Origin: Podarcis pityusensis
Lineage: Eukaryota
Length of the DNA: 55,178 bases
NCBI GenBank assembly: GCA_964106645.2
Contig: CAXKZF020000068.1
Strand: one strand, 5' to 3'
Positions 8,088 through 16,464 of this stretch are shown here, piece after piece. Within the stretch, counting starts at the first letter, position 1. Each line of letters begins with the position of its first letter. Below the pieces are notes generated by a model. It was not told where the DNA came from, did no database searches, and saw only the letters and a list, made by a program, of their open reading frames with translations. The position numbers and the translations under genes were made by a program.

Positions 8088-9191
8088 ATGGCATCCATTC
8101 GACCACGAACCACCAAAGCGGGCACGCCCTACTACCAGGTTCTGTACCGGCACAACGGCACGCAATCCTCGGACAGCTTCGACGATCCGAAGGAAGCCAC
8201 CAAGTACAAGAAGCTGTTGGAGCAGATCGGACCCGATGCAGCGCAAGAGCTGATGTTCGGCGCGGAAGCATTACCCGAAGAGATCCCCGCCCTGACGGTG
8301 ACAGAGTGGTGCACCGAGTACATCGACCATCTGACTGGCGTCGAGGAAGCAACGAAGAACAAGTACCGCTCGTACCTCCGCCGCGACATTGATCCGATTC
8401 TTGGTTTTCTGCCGCTATCTGTGGTGAACGAGAAGGCGATCTCGAAGTGGGTCCAGGCGCAGGAGGGATCCTCGAAGACCATCGCCAACAAGCATGGGTT
8501 CTTGTCGGGTGCGTTCAACGGTGCTGTGCGAGCGAATCACATTGAAGTGAACCCGTGTGACGGTCGGAGGTTGCCGGCGCGGCACAAGGAAGATGAGCCG
8601 GTGTTCTTGACTCCAACTGAGTTCGTTCGAGTGCGGGATGTTGTGGTCGAGCAATGGCGTCCGTTGACGGTGTTTCTGGTGTCGACGGGGATGCGGTTCT
8701 CGGAGGCGACTGCGTTTCAGGTGGGCGATCTGAATGTGGAGGAGAAGACGGGACGGATTGTGCGGGCCTGGAAGTACACGGGCGAGGCGAAGCGGAAACT
8801 TGGGCCGCCGAAGTCCCGGAAATCTGTGCGGACGATCAACCTGTCAGATCAGGCGATCGAGGCGTGCGGCGATCTAAAGGGGCGCGCACCGGATGAGTTC
8901 GTGTTCACAAATCGTCTCGGGCGCCCGGTCACTGCTCAACTTTTTCACAACAAGGCGTGGCGGCCGATGATAGCGGAGCTGTCCGACAGATTAGGGAAGA
9001 AGCCGCGGCCACATGATCTTCGGCATTCGTGCGCAAGTTGGATGATCGCGGCCGGGGTGCCGCTGCCTGTCATTCAGCAGCACCTCGGCCACGAGTCGAT
9101 CACGACGACGATCAACATTTACGGGCATCTGGATCGCCGTGCCGCGCAAGCAGCATCGGCAGCCCTCACAGCAGCACTCGAAGGGCTCTGA
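8088..9191 (+). CDS. int: Tyrosine integrase
   Basis: Catalytic motifs TGMRFSE, HDLRH, LGH and NIYGH; N-terminal arm-binding segment MASIRPR; start chosen downstream of attP. Confidence 0.96.
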   Translation: MASIRPRTTKAGTPYYQVLYRHNGTQSSDSFDDPKEATKYKKLLEQIGPDAAQELMFGAEALPEEIPALTVTEWCTEYIDHLTGVEEATKNKYRSYLRRDIDPILGFLPLSVVNEKAISKWVQAQEGSSKTIANKHGFLSGAFNGAVRANHIEVNPCDGRRLPARHKEDEPVFLTPTEFVRVRDVVVEQWRPLTVFLVSTGMRFSEATAFQVGDLNVEEKTGRIVRAWKYTGEAKRKLGPPKSRKSVRTINLSDQAIEACGDLKGRAPDEFVFTNRLGRPVTAQLFHNKAWRPMIAELSDRLGKKPRPHDLRHSCASWMIAAGVPLPVIQQHLGHESITTTINIYGHLDRRAAQAASAALTAALEGL

Positions 9192-9194
9192 CCT

Positions 9195-9854
9195 TTATCG
9201 TGGCAGCTCGCTTTTGTATTGCGGGCAGAAGGCGGAGACTGCCGCGCCAACGAGTTGTCCTGCATTCTCAGGCGTCCAACTGTCAGGGCCGTTGAAGTAG
9301 GTCATCAGCGAAATGTCCATGAACTCTTCGCCTTTCCTGAAGCTGGCGCAGGCTGTTCGTCCGGCTTCGAGTGCCGTTGAATCTGGGGTGTCAGGGAATC
9401 CGATGAGTGTCAGTGTCCCCAGGAATAGGAACTCGGGGTCGTCGGCCGGGTTGTAGTTGGTCGTTGCAGCAGCATGTGAGGTCGTCGTGACTGGTGGTGC
9501 GGCTGCGACGGTTGTTCGCACTGTTGTAGTCGTCGGCCTGACCGTTGTCGTGGTGGTCGGTGCCGCTTCGGATGTGGTGGTTTCTGCGGCGACTGTTTCG
9601 GCATCGTCTTTGCGGTTGGCAAGAGCGTTGACGCCGAAGTATGCGGCGATGAGCACTGCGACTACGCCTGCGCCGATGAGTGCTCGTTTGCGATCTTTGG
9701 CGAGCTTCTCGGGGTCAATGGGCTCGGGTGGCGCGGGTGGTGGTGTCGGTTGAGGCAGGGGCTGTGTGGCACTAGTCCACTGTTGGCCGTCCCAGTAGCG
9801 GAACTGCTGGTTGCCTTCTGGGTCGGGATGCCAGCCGGGGCCAGGTGTGGTCAT
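9195..9854 (-). CDS. DUF2510 + TM + Thr-rich linker + DUF732-like membrane protein
   Basis: PGWHPDP...RYWDGQQWT, one TM helix, a T-rich stalk, then GRTAC...AAVSAFCP. Confidence 0.8.
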   Translation of the reverse strand: MTTPGPGWHPDPEGNQQFRYWDGQQWTSATQPLPQPTPPPAPPEPIDPEKLAKDRKRALIGAGVVAVLIAAYFGVNALANRKDDAETVAAETTTSEAAPTTTTTVRPTTTTVRTTVAAAPPVTTTSHAAATTNYNPADDPEFLFLGTLTLIGFPDTPDSTALEAGRTACASFRKGEEFMDISLMTYFNGPDSWTPENAGQLVGAAVSAFCPQYKSELPR

Positions 9855-9879
9855 TGTCGTGCCTTTCAGGTGGGGGCGC

Positions 9880-10311
9880 TTAGTTTGAGCGTCGGTCCAG
9901 TTCGGAATTAATGTAAGCCCGCTCGTGCGGGGTCAGCGTTCGGACCCGCACGAGAAGCGTGTGCAGGTCTGTCCAGAGTTCCCAGGCGCATTCGTCGTCG
10001 GGCTGTCCTCGCGTCCAAACGAGTGCATTGACGAGAGAGTCGAGAGGGATCAGTAGCCGTGCTGCGAGTTCGTCGACCAGTTTCTCTTCGCGGGCCTCGT
10101 AGCGTGGATCTGTGGAGGGGAGTCCGCGCTCGAGATGGATCAACTCGTGAGTGAGGACTGATCGTCGTGCGGCTTGTGTGAGGGTGCGGCAGATGCATAT
10201 GTCGGTGCCGTCTGTGTAGCCCGCTACGCCCTCGGGGAGTTCGCGGGTGCAGTCGATCACGGTGTCGGCGTGTTTGTTTCGCGCTGTCCGCCAAGGGTGG
10301 TATCGGGTCAT
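9880..10311 (-). CDS. ImmA/IrrE-family Zn metallopeptidase (putative anti-repressor)
   Basis: RSVLTHELIH (HExxH) and E..VDELAARLLIP; directly downstream of the Xre repressor. Confidence 0.88.
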   Translation of the reverse strand: MTRYHPWRTARNKHADTVIDCTRELPEGVAGYTDGTDICICRTLTQAARRSVLTHELIHLERGLPSTDPRYEAREEKLVDELAARLLIPLDSLVNALVWTRGQPDDECAWELWTDLHTLLVRVRTLTPHERAYINSELDRRSN

Positions 10312-10317
10312 GCGCGG

Positions 10318-10340
10318 ACTGTAGACAGTGATACCGACAA
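10318..10340 (-). promoter_or_regulatory. PafBC / RecA-NDp-type DNA-damage promoter for the metallopeptidase
   Basis: The minus strand reads tTGTCGG-tatcactgtc-TA-cag-T-ccgcgc-ATG, an exact TGTCGG-N10-TA-N3-T with leaderless spacing. Confidence 0.75.
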
Positions 10341-10352
10341 CTTAGAACACGA

Positions 10353-10820
10353 CTAGTCGGATCTGGTTTCCTTGTTTCTCCTGGACGCCGCGATTGGCGG
10401 CGAAGCGGTAATCGGACGGACAACCCTGAGCGGTTGATTCTGGGAAGTCTCGTCCTCAGGCTTGACACCGATCTTGCTGGCGGCCATGACTCGGATGATC
10501 TCGTCTAGGGCGTCGCGTTCTCGTTGGTCGAGAAGGTCGGCTTCGGAGGGTGGGGTGTAGGGCTTCGCAACTTCGCGGGTCTGGCCGATCCAGCGGGATA
10601 GTTCGCGTACGTCGATGCGGAGGGCGTCGGCGATCTTAGCGACTGTGGCTGGTTTTGGTTTGGCGTTGCCGGCGCGGATGTTGGTGATGGTAGATGTGCC
10701 GATTCCGAGGTGTTCGGCTAGTGCGCGGTGCGAGGGGGATTCGCCGTCACGCTTGTCCACGAAGCCAGCTTTGACGAGCGCTGCGTCCCACAGATCGTCT
10801 GTGGTGGGTCCGGGGTTCAT
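10353..10820 (-). CDS. Immunity repressor (Xre HTH, no S24 autoprotease domain)
   Basis: HTH SHRALAEHLGIGTSTITNIRAG...TVAKIADAL; divergent from cro. Confidence 0.88.
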   Translation of the reverse strand: MNPGPTTDDLWDAALVKAGFVDKRDGESPSHRALAEHLGIGTSTITNIRAGNAKPKPATVAKIADALRIDVRELSRWIGQTREVAKPYTPPSEADLLDQRERDALDEIIRVMAASKIGVKPEDETSQNQPLRVVRPITASPPIAASRRNKETRSD

Positions 10821-11000
10821 GTCTACAAACGTTCCTCACGGCGGCAGTGTTCGAATAGTCAGAGTGTAGACGCGCTGTCTACAAATTCCATCACTGTGAT
10901 CTGCATTGCTTGAGGTATGGGTCGAAAATCGCCAATTCAGGTGTAGACAAAAGTGTCTACACCGTCTACTGTCTTGTGGGACGGTAGACAGAGCGTCTAC
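10820..11000. promoter_or_regulatory. Immunity switch: GTAGAC-N5/6-GTCTAC operators and rightward promoter
   Basis: Palindromes at 10865-10883, 10942-10961 and 10984-11000; half-sites at 10820-10827 and 10964-10969; TAGACA(10944)-N17-TACTGT(10967). Confidence 0.85.
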
Positions 11001-11022
11001 AGTGAAACGGAAAGGCAAAGCC

Positions 11023-11301
11023 ATGAAAAACAAGCAATCTGAATGGAGGCTCGACGTGATCGTGAACGCCGACCTGTTGGTCGAATACATGGAGTACAAC
11101 GACATGTCCGTCCGAGAACTGGCATCGAGGGTGAAGTGCTCCCACTCCACCATCGGCCACTACCGAACTGGCAAGCGAAAGCACTGCCCGCAGAACCGGG
11201 CGAAGCTGATCGCCAAGGAGCTTCGAGCCCCCAGGAAGGCCCTTTTTATGCCTGAACCGTTGCGTGTCACGCGTGACAAACGACAATTGGTTTCGGCATG
11301 A
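11023..11301 (+). CDS. cro: Cro-like HTH protein
   Basis: MSVRELASRVKCSHSTIGHYRTG...AKLIAKEL; first gene of the rightward early operon; SD GAAAGG. Confidence 0.8.
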   Translation: MKNKQSEWRLDVIVNADLLVEYMEYNDMSVRELASRVKCSHSTIGHYRTGKRKHCPQNRAKLIAKELRAPRKALFMPEPLRVTRDKRQLVSA

Positions 11302-11369
11302 AGGCACGAAAAAGCCCGCCCTCTTGCAGGAGGACGGGCGAGGCAATCACCAATCGGAAGGAAAAGCGA

Positions 11370-11561
11370 ATGCACGTAAAGGATATCACTCCTGAGTTGC
11401 AGGAAGCAGTGGACAGATTTGATGACGTGTTCGACTTTCACTACCCGCATCTGCGGGTTCCGGGGACCGTCGGCGTAACGCACGAAGGCTGCACGGTTGA
11501 GGCCCTCGACGCTGCGACTGACTTGTTCATCGACTCACTGCCTGTGTCGGTGATCCTATGA
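11370..11561 (+). CDS. Hypothetical protein
   Basis: SD GGAAGGA before ATG 11370; ATGA-coupled to the next gene. Confidence 0.6.
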   Translation: MHVKDITPELQEAVDRFDDVFDFHYPHLRVPGTVGVTHEGCTVEALDAATDLFIDSLPVSVIL

Positions 11562-12478
11562 CCACTCTGACTGGATTCCAGCTTCCCGAACCTCTCGCTC
11601 CTGGCACCGCGGAGTGGTGGACGAAGTACTCGGCGTCGAAGGTCGCAGCGATCTGTGGTTTGTCGAAGTGGGACACCGAACGATCGATCTACGACGGCAT
11701 CACAGGCGTAGTGCCGCCGCAGCCGCAGACCGATGTGCAGGGCCGCGGGCATGAGTTCGAGCCGCTGATTCGTGGTTGGTTCTCGAACATGCATCTCGAT
11801 TGGACGATCGAGGAAACGTCGACATGGCAGCACAGTCTTCGTGATTGGCAGACAGCGGATCCGGACGGGATTGTCACGTTGCCTGACGGCACGGTCGAAC
11901 TGTTGGAGATCAAGACAGCCGACGACATTCACTCGTGGGGTGATGAGGTTCCGATCGGTTATCTGGTGCAGGTGATGTGGCAGATGGATGTGATCGGTGC
12001 TCGCCGTACGCATCTCGCGGCGTGCGGTCCGTTCGAACTGTTCCATCGTCGCCCGAAGGTGTTTGTCATCGACTACGACGCTCGGGATGCGGCGGTGCTG
12101 CGGGAGCGGGTGTTGAAGTTCCAGGCGCGTGTTGAGGCTGGCGATCAGCCGGCGGCGGATCATTCGCGTGATTGTGATCGGTTGTCGGTTCGGTATGCGA
12201 ATACATCGATTGCTGATGATCCGGGTGTGGATGTTCCGGCGGAGATCGCGGTTCCGTATTTGGAGGCGTTTGCGGCGGAAGCTGCTGTGGCGCTGGAGAA
12301 GAAGCGGACCGGGTCGGTGCTCCTCGAATACTTGGGTTCGTCGAAGAAGGCGACGTTCAACGGTCACACGATCGCGTCGCGTGTCAATAGCAAGGGTGCG
12401 CCGTCTATCCGCGCCACGTCTGGCCTCGCGGAGAAGGCTCCCGAAATCTTGAAGCCACGAAAGGCAGAAGCAGCATGA
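11558..12478 (+). CDS. YqaJ/RecE-like exonuclease
   Basis: SASKVAAICG, RGHEFE, ADPDG, LEIKT and QVMWQM motifs; lies just upstream of the annealase. Confidence 0.9.
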   Translation: MTTLTGFQLPEPLAPGTAEWWTKYSASKVAAICGLSKWDTERSIYDGITGVVPPQPQTDVQGRGHEFEPLIRGWFSNMHLDWTIEETSTWQHSLRDWQTADPDGIVTLPDGTVELLEIKTADDIHSWGDEVPIGYLVQVMWQMDVIGARRTHLAACGPFELFHRRPKVFVIDYDARDAAVLRERVLKFQARVEAGDQPAADHSRDCDRLSVRYANTSIADDPGVDVPAEIAVPYLEAFAAEAAVALEKKRTGSVLLEYLGSSKKATFNGHTIASRVNSKGAPSIRATSGLAEKAPEILKPRKAEAA

Positions 12479-12687
12479 CTGAGTACCTGATCGCAACGTC
12501 CGGGTGTGATGACACAACACGCGCCTTCGTCATCCTGACCGACGCCGAAGCGGAAACCGTGAAGACGATCGCTTCGGCGATCAACGTTCGCGCCGGAGGC
12601 TGCAAGCCCTCCCTATCCATCAGCCTGTGGGCTGATGCCAGCGCCTATGAACGTGAAGAAGCCACCGAACCGATCGACGAGGACTGA
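12475..12687 (+). CDS. Hypothetical protein
   Basis: Coupled overlaps on both sides. Confidence 0.65.
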   Translation: MTEYLIATSGCDDTTRAFVILTDAEAETVKTIASAINVRAGGCKPSLSISLWADASAYEREEATEPIDED

Positions 12688-13607
12688 TGACGATGACCGA
12701 GATCGCAGTACACACAGGATCCGCACTAGCGGTTTCGCCCGAACAGGACTTCTGGACCCCGAAGCAGGAATCGGCGCTCGCTCAGATCGGCGTCGAGAAA
12801 GCATCGAAAGCTGACTTGGCCGTGTTCTTTCACCAGTGCCAGCGCACCGGCTTGGATCCGTTTGCGCGCCAGATCTACATGATCGAACGCAAGGGGAAGC
12901 AGACCATCCAGACCGGGATCGACGGGTTTCGTCTGATCGCTCGACGCGCTACCGACGCCGCTCGTGGCACGTTCGGCTACGAGGACACCCTGTGGTGCGG
13001 AGAAGACGGCAAGTGGACCGACGTCTGGTTGCAGCGTGAGCAGCCCCGCGCCGCGAAGGTCACCGTGATTCGTGACGGTGCACGCTATCCCGCAATCGCG
13101 CTCTGGAACGAGTACGTGGGAACCAAGTTCAACGGCGATGTGACGCAGATGTGGGCCACGAAGGGCGCACTGATGTTGGCGAAATGCGCTGAGGCGTTGG
13201 CATTGCGTAAGGCATTCCCGCAGGACTTGTCCGGTCTGTACACCTCGGATGAGATGCAGCAGGCGGACAACGGGCAGCAAGGCTCGACTCGTCAGCGCCC
13301 TCAGCAGTCGACGCAAGCACGCCCGCGGTCGATCACTGAAGCGTTGGGTGAACCGTCTGTGGACGTGGATTCTTTGCTTGCTGCGATTGAGGCTGCTGAG
13401 TCGAAGGATGTGTTGCGGGAGCTGTGGAAGCAGACTGCGACGTTGCCGGCGCAGGAGAAGGACGACATTCAGGCGTTGATCATGGGGCGCATTCAGGGGA
13501 TGTCGGAGCCTGAGTCGGATGGCGCCTCGCTGCCTGAGCCTGAGCAGTTGCCGTTGGACGCTGAGCCTGTTGACGCGGAGACGGTGGAAGAGCAGGTGGC
13601 GTCATGA
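12687..13607 (+). CDS. RecT/Bet-like ssDNA annealing protein
   Basis: GLDPFARQIY, QTGIDGFR and MLAKCAEALALRKAFP...LYTSDEM motifs. Confidence 0.92.
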   Translation: MTMTEIAVHTGSALAVSPEQDFWTPKQESALAQIGVEKASKADLAVFFHQCQRTGLDPFARQIYMIERKGKQTIQTGIDGFRLIARRATDAARGTFGYEDTLWCGEDGKWTDVWLQREQPRAAKVTVIRDGARYPAIALWNEYVGTKFNGDVTQMWATKGALMLAKCAEALALRKAFPQDLSGLYTSDEMQQADNGQQGSTRQRPQQSTQARPRSITEALGEPSVDVDSLLAAIEAAESKDVLRELWKQTATLPAQEKDDIQALIMGRIQGMSEPESDGASLPEPEQLPLDAEPVDAETVEEQVAS

Positions 13608-13768
13608 GCCTCTACTTCCGCGATACGTGCACGTGCAGTGGTCCGGTGCCGGGATGGAACCAGCACGAAGCCTGGTGCGGCACTCGTGAGGACCGTGGTG
13701 GCCCGTACAACCGCTGGACACATCCGGACGCGAACCTCCCCACCGAAACCCCCAAGGACGCAGCATGA
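13604..13768 (+). CDS. Small Cys/His protein (54 aa, CTC...H..WC)
   Basis: ATGA overlaps with both neighbours; below the track cutoff. Confidence 0.6.
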   Translation: MSLYFRDTCTCSGPVPGWNQHEAWCGTREDRGGPYNRWTHPDANLPTETPKDAA

Positions 13769-14007
13769 CCTGGACGCGAATCGACTGCGCTCGAAGCGAC
13801 GAAGTGTATGAGGCGATCGAGAACCGTGCTCCGCTCGCGGGACGCTCCGACATGGGCGGTGAGTTCGGCGAACCTCGCATCGAAACCATCTGGGGCAACA
13901 GGGAAACCGAAGTTGAAGTCCTCAAGAACGTGCGCCACCCGCGCTACGAATGGGACTCCCAAGCCGGAGACCGCGAACCCTGCGAACACTACGAATGGAC
14001 AAACTGA
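13765..14007 (+). CDS. Hypothetical protein
   Basis: Coupled ORF. Confidence 0.6.
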   Translation: MTWTRIDCARSDEVYEAIENRAPLAGRSDMGGEFGEPRIETIWGNRETEVEVLKNVRHPRYEWDSQAGDREPCEHYEWTN

Positions 14008-14333
14008 TGACCACTGCTGGTGAGCAGCTCAGGTTGGACGGGCAAGACGCAGCCCTCGCAGCCGCAACAGTCGGACACCACGACCACCCCAACCACATCG
14101 AAACCGCCCTCACCGAACTCATCCGATCCGGCCGCGAATTCTCCGCCGACCACGTCCGCGACGCAGTCCCACCCGAAACCCGCGACTGGCTCCGCGCAGG
14201 CAATGGAAACGTCCTCTCATCCATCATCGGCAATGCGTCACGCCGCGGCCACATCGCCCAAACCGGATGGTGCCAACCCGCACGAAAAGAACGCCACTCC
14301 AACCCGAACCGAGTATGGAAAGGCGCCGCATGA
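14007..14333 (+). CDS. Hypothetical protein (possible winged helix)
   Basis: TGATG-coupled; FSADHVR...G.I...G...RVW pattern. Confidence 0.6.
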   Translation: MTTAGEQLRLDGQDAALAAATVGHHDHPNHIETALTELIRSGREFSADHVRDAVPPETRDWLRAGNGNVLSSIIGNASRRGHIAQTGWCQPARKERHSNPNRVWKGAA

Positions 14334-14539
14334 TCCGCGAAGCCTCACTCCGAGTGCCCATCACCCACCCCAACATCGGCACCTACAGCGCCCTCAGCGA
14401 AGTCACCATCGTCCACAAAGACGAACACGGCTACACCATCTGCCTCGACAACGGACACCCCCGCGGCGGCCTCTGCCACCTCGCCGTCGTCCAACGCAAC
14501 CAGCTGTACATCCCACACGAGAAACGAGAAGCAGCATGA
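14330..14539 (+). CDS. Hypothetical protein
   Basis: ATGA-coupled. Confidence 0.55.
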   Translation: MIREASLRVPITHPNIGTYSALSEVTIVHKDEHGYTICLDNGHPRGGLCHLAVVQRNQLYIPHEKREAA

Positions 14540-14820
14540 CGACCACCGAACAACGCCGGCACATACCACCCGACGAAGTGTTCACCATCGACGAGGCCGC
14601 GCTACGGCTCAGGTGCAGCCCCACCTACTACCGCGAGCAACTGCGATCGCAGAAGTGGCCCGGCAGGAAGATCGCCAACAAGTGGCGCGTCACTGAAGCG
14701 GACATCAAAGAAACCTTGGAGATCGTGTACTCGAATCCGATCTTCCGCCCGCGACCGGATCCGGTGTCAGCCCGCCCTGGCACTCGCCGACGCTACGAAC
14801 GACACAACCGCCGCAAGTAA
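14536..14820 (+). CDS. Excisionase-like HTH DNA-binding protein
   Basis: FTIDEAALRLRCS...GRKIANKWRV (MerR/Xis-type HTH). Confidence 0.75.
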   Translation: MTTTEQRRHIPPDEVFTIDEAALRLRCSPTYYREQLRSQKWPGRKIANKWRVTEADIKETLEIVYSNPIFRPRPDPVSARPGTRRRYERHNRRK

Positions 14821-14833
14821 GGACAGCCCTACC

Positions 14834-15730
14834 GTGCCCAAAGACAAGCGGATCTATATCAATCTGGCGGTGGATATGGACCGCAATCCGAAGTACATCA
14901 ACCTCACAGACGGGCAGAAGTGGTTGATCGTGAAAGCCATCATGCACTGCCGTGAGTACCCCAACGACGGCAATCTGCCGCTGCCTGTGTGGGTGAAGAT
15001 GGGAACAAAGCGCAACAGAATTTCGGTGGAATCTTGCGGAGCGATCACAATTTTTGAATCAAAAAATGTCGCGATTGTTCACGACTATGCCGAACATAAT
15101 CAGACCATCGCGGAGATCGAAAAGTCTCGAAATGAGAAGATCGCCGCAGGTCAGAAGGGGGGCAAGGCCAGGGCAGCGAACCGGGCGCATGCCAACGAAA
15201 CGCAAGCAGACGGGCTAGCAGCTGCTAAGCAGGACCTCAAGCAGAATCAAGCAGAGATAGAGATAGAGAAAGAGAAAGAACTACTTACTTACGTAAGTAG
15301 TTCACCTCACCTAAGAGACGCGCCGGCGAGACCGCGGGGAGTGCGAGACATCGCTGAGCATCTCAACGGGACAGCGCACTCCGCTGAGGCGCACATCATC
15401 GCAAGGGCCTACTCGGATTCCTGCCCGTCGCCAGTCCCAGGCGATTTGATTTCGAAGATCGCGCAAGCTGTCGACGGATGTCTCAAGTCGGGGGTGAGTC
15501 GTGAGCAGATCGAAGCAGGGATCCAGGACTGGGCCGCGTCACCGATGACAGCGGCGTCGATGATTCCCGGATTCGTTCACAAAGCTGCTAACCGACCTGC
15601 TGCACCATCTGACAGCGGAATCGGGAAGGCGACCAAGAAAGCGATGGGATGGGCCGACATGGGCAACCAGCTCGCCCAACGGCAAGCCGAAGGACTCAAC
15701 TCGTCAACACCGAAAGGCATCACCGCATGA
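14834..15730 (+). CDS. Replication initiator protein
   Basis: N-terminal NPK...C.EY.NDG...HDYAEHN pattern, basic linker AGQKGG and internal iteron-like repeats. Confidence 0.7.
   Translation: MPKDKRIYINLAVDMDRNPKYINLTDGQKWLIVKAIMHCREYPNDGNLPLPVWVKMGTKRNRISVESCGAITIFESKNVAIVHDYAEHNQTIAEIEKSRNEKIAAGQKGGKARAANRAHANETQADGLAAAKQDLKQNQAEIEIEKEKELLTYVSSSPHLRDAPARPRGVRDIAEHLNGTAHSAEAHIIARAYSDSCPSPVPGDLISKIAQAVDGCLKSGVSREQIEAGIQDWAASPMTAASMIPGFVHKAANRPAAPSDSGIGKATKKAMGWADMGNQLAQRQAEGLNSSTPKGITA
15203..15303. other. Putative replication origin inside the initiator gene
   Basis: Five CAAGCAG-like heptamers at 10-12 bp spacing, an AG-rich tract and an AT-rich 11-bp palindrome. Confidence 0.6.
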
Positions 15731-16272
15731 ATCTGATCGAAGCGACACCTCAACAACTTTCGGACACTGGCTTGATCATCGGCCGAGCGGCATTGTTCGA
15801 CAACCGATTCAGCGAAGCCGATATCGGGCGTGGAGGTGCGTGGGCGGAGGCTCTCGCCCCGTACAACCTCGAACTCCCGGATGCTCTCAATGCCGTGACT
15901 GTGCACTACCGCAACGAACCATTGCGGATGATCATGCCGGCGGACGTTATCCGGATTGCACGTGAGATTCGGATCGACCGGGCGCAGCGCGAACCTGCCG
16001 TGGATCGGGAGCTGCGGCAATTGCAGCACGACGTGAAGCACGGTTTGGTTCAGGGTGATGCGCAGCTGGGAGGCTTACCGATCGGCGGTGCAGACGGGAA
16101 ACCTGTTCCAGGCGCCTATGCGGTGAACAATGCGATCGAGCATGTGTGCCCGTTGTGTGGGGCTGACGAGTACCAGGCCTGCACGAACAAGGTTTCCGGG
16201 GTGGAGCGGAAAATGCCCTGCCTGCCGAGATTGATGATCGAAGCTGAACCGAATCCGAAGTACGCAAAATGA
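15727..16272 (+). CDS. Putative helicase loader/inhibitor with C-terminal Zn finger
   Basis: DNR...AWAEAL...DALNAV..HY...IMPADV pattern and CPLC...C...C; follows the initiator gene. Confidence 0.6.
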   Translation: MNLIEATPQQLSDTGLIIGRAALFDNRFSEADIGRGGAWAEALAPYNLELPDALNAVTVHYRNEPLRMIMPADVIRIAREIRIDRAQREPAVDRELRQLQHDVKHGLVQGDAQLGGLPIGGADGKPVPGAYAVNNAIEHVCPLCGADEYQACTNKVSGVERKMPCLPRLMIEAEPNPKYAK

Positions 16273-16435
16273 GAATCGCGGCTGAGAACGTTTCTGTGGT
16301 TCATAGTGTGTGGTTTGGGATGCATGTGCCGGATGTGGCCCGTTTGTCGGCCAGCGTGAAACTGGGGGCTGGCAACTGTCACGTAGGACGCAAGACGTCA
16401 GGCGGTAAATCCTTTTGCCTTACGAGTCTCGCGTC

Positions 16436-16464
16436 TTGCGTGACGCATGATGATTGTCTACAGT
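16436..16464 (+). promoter_or_regulatory. SigA-like promoter
   Basis: TTGCGT-N17-TACAGT in an intergenic gap; overlaps a TGTCTACA half-operator. Confidence 0.6.

Noticed and set aside
7939-10820. Integration-dependent immunity (attP inside the repressor gene)
   Set aside because: attP is intergenic and about 2.4 kb from the repressor, and the integrase retains an N-terminal arm-binding region.
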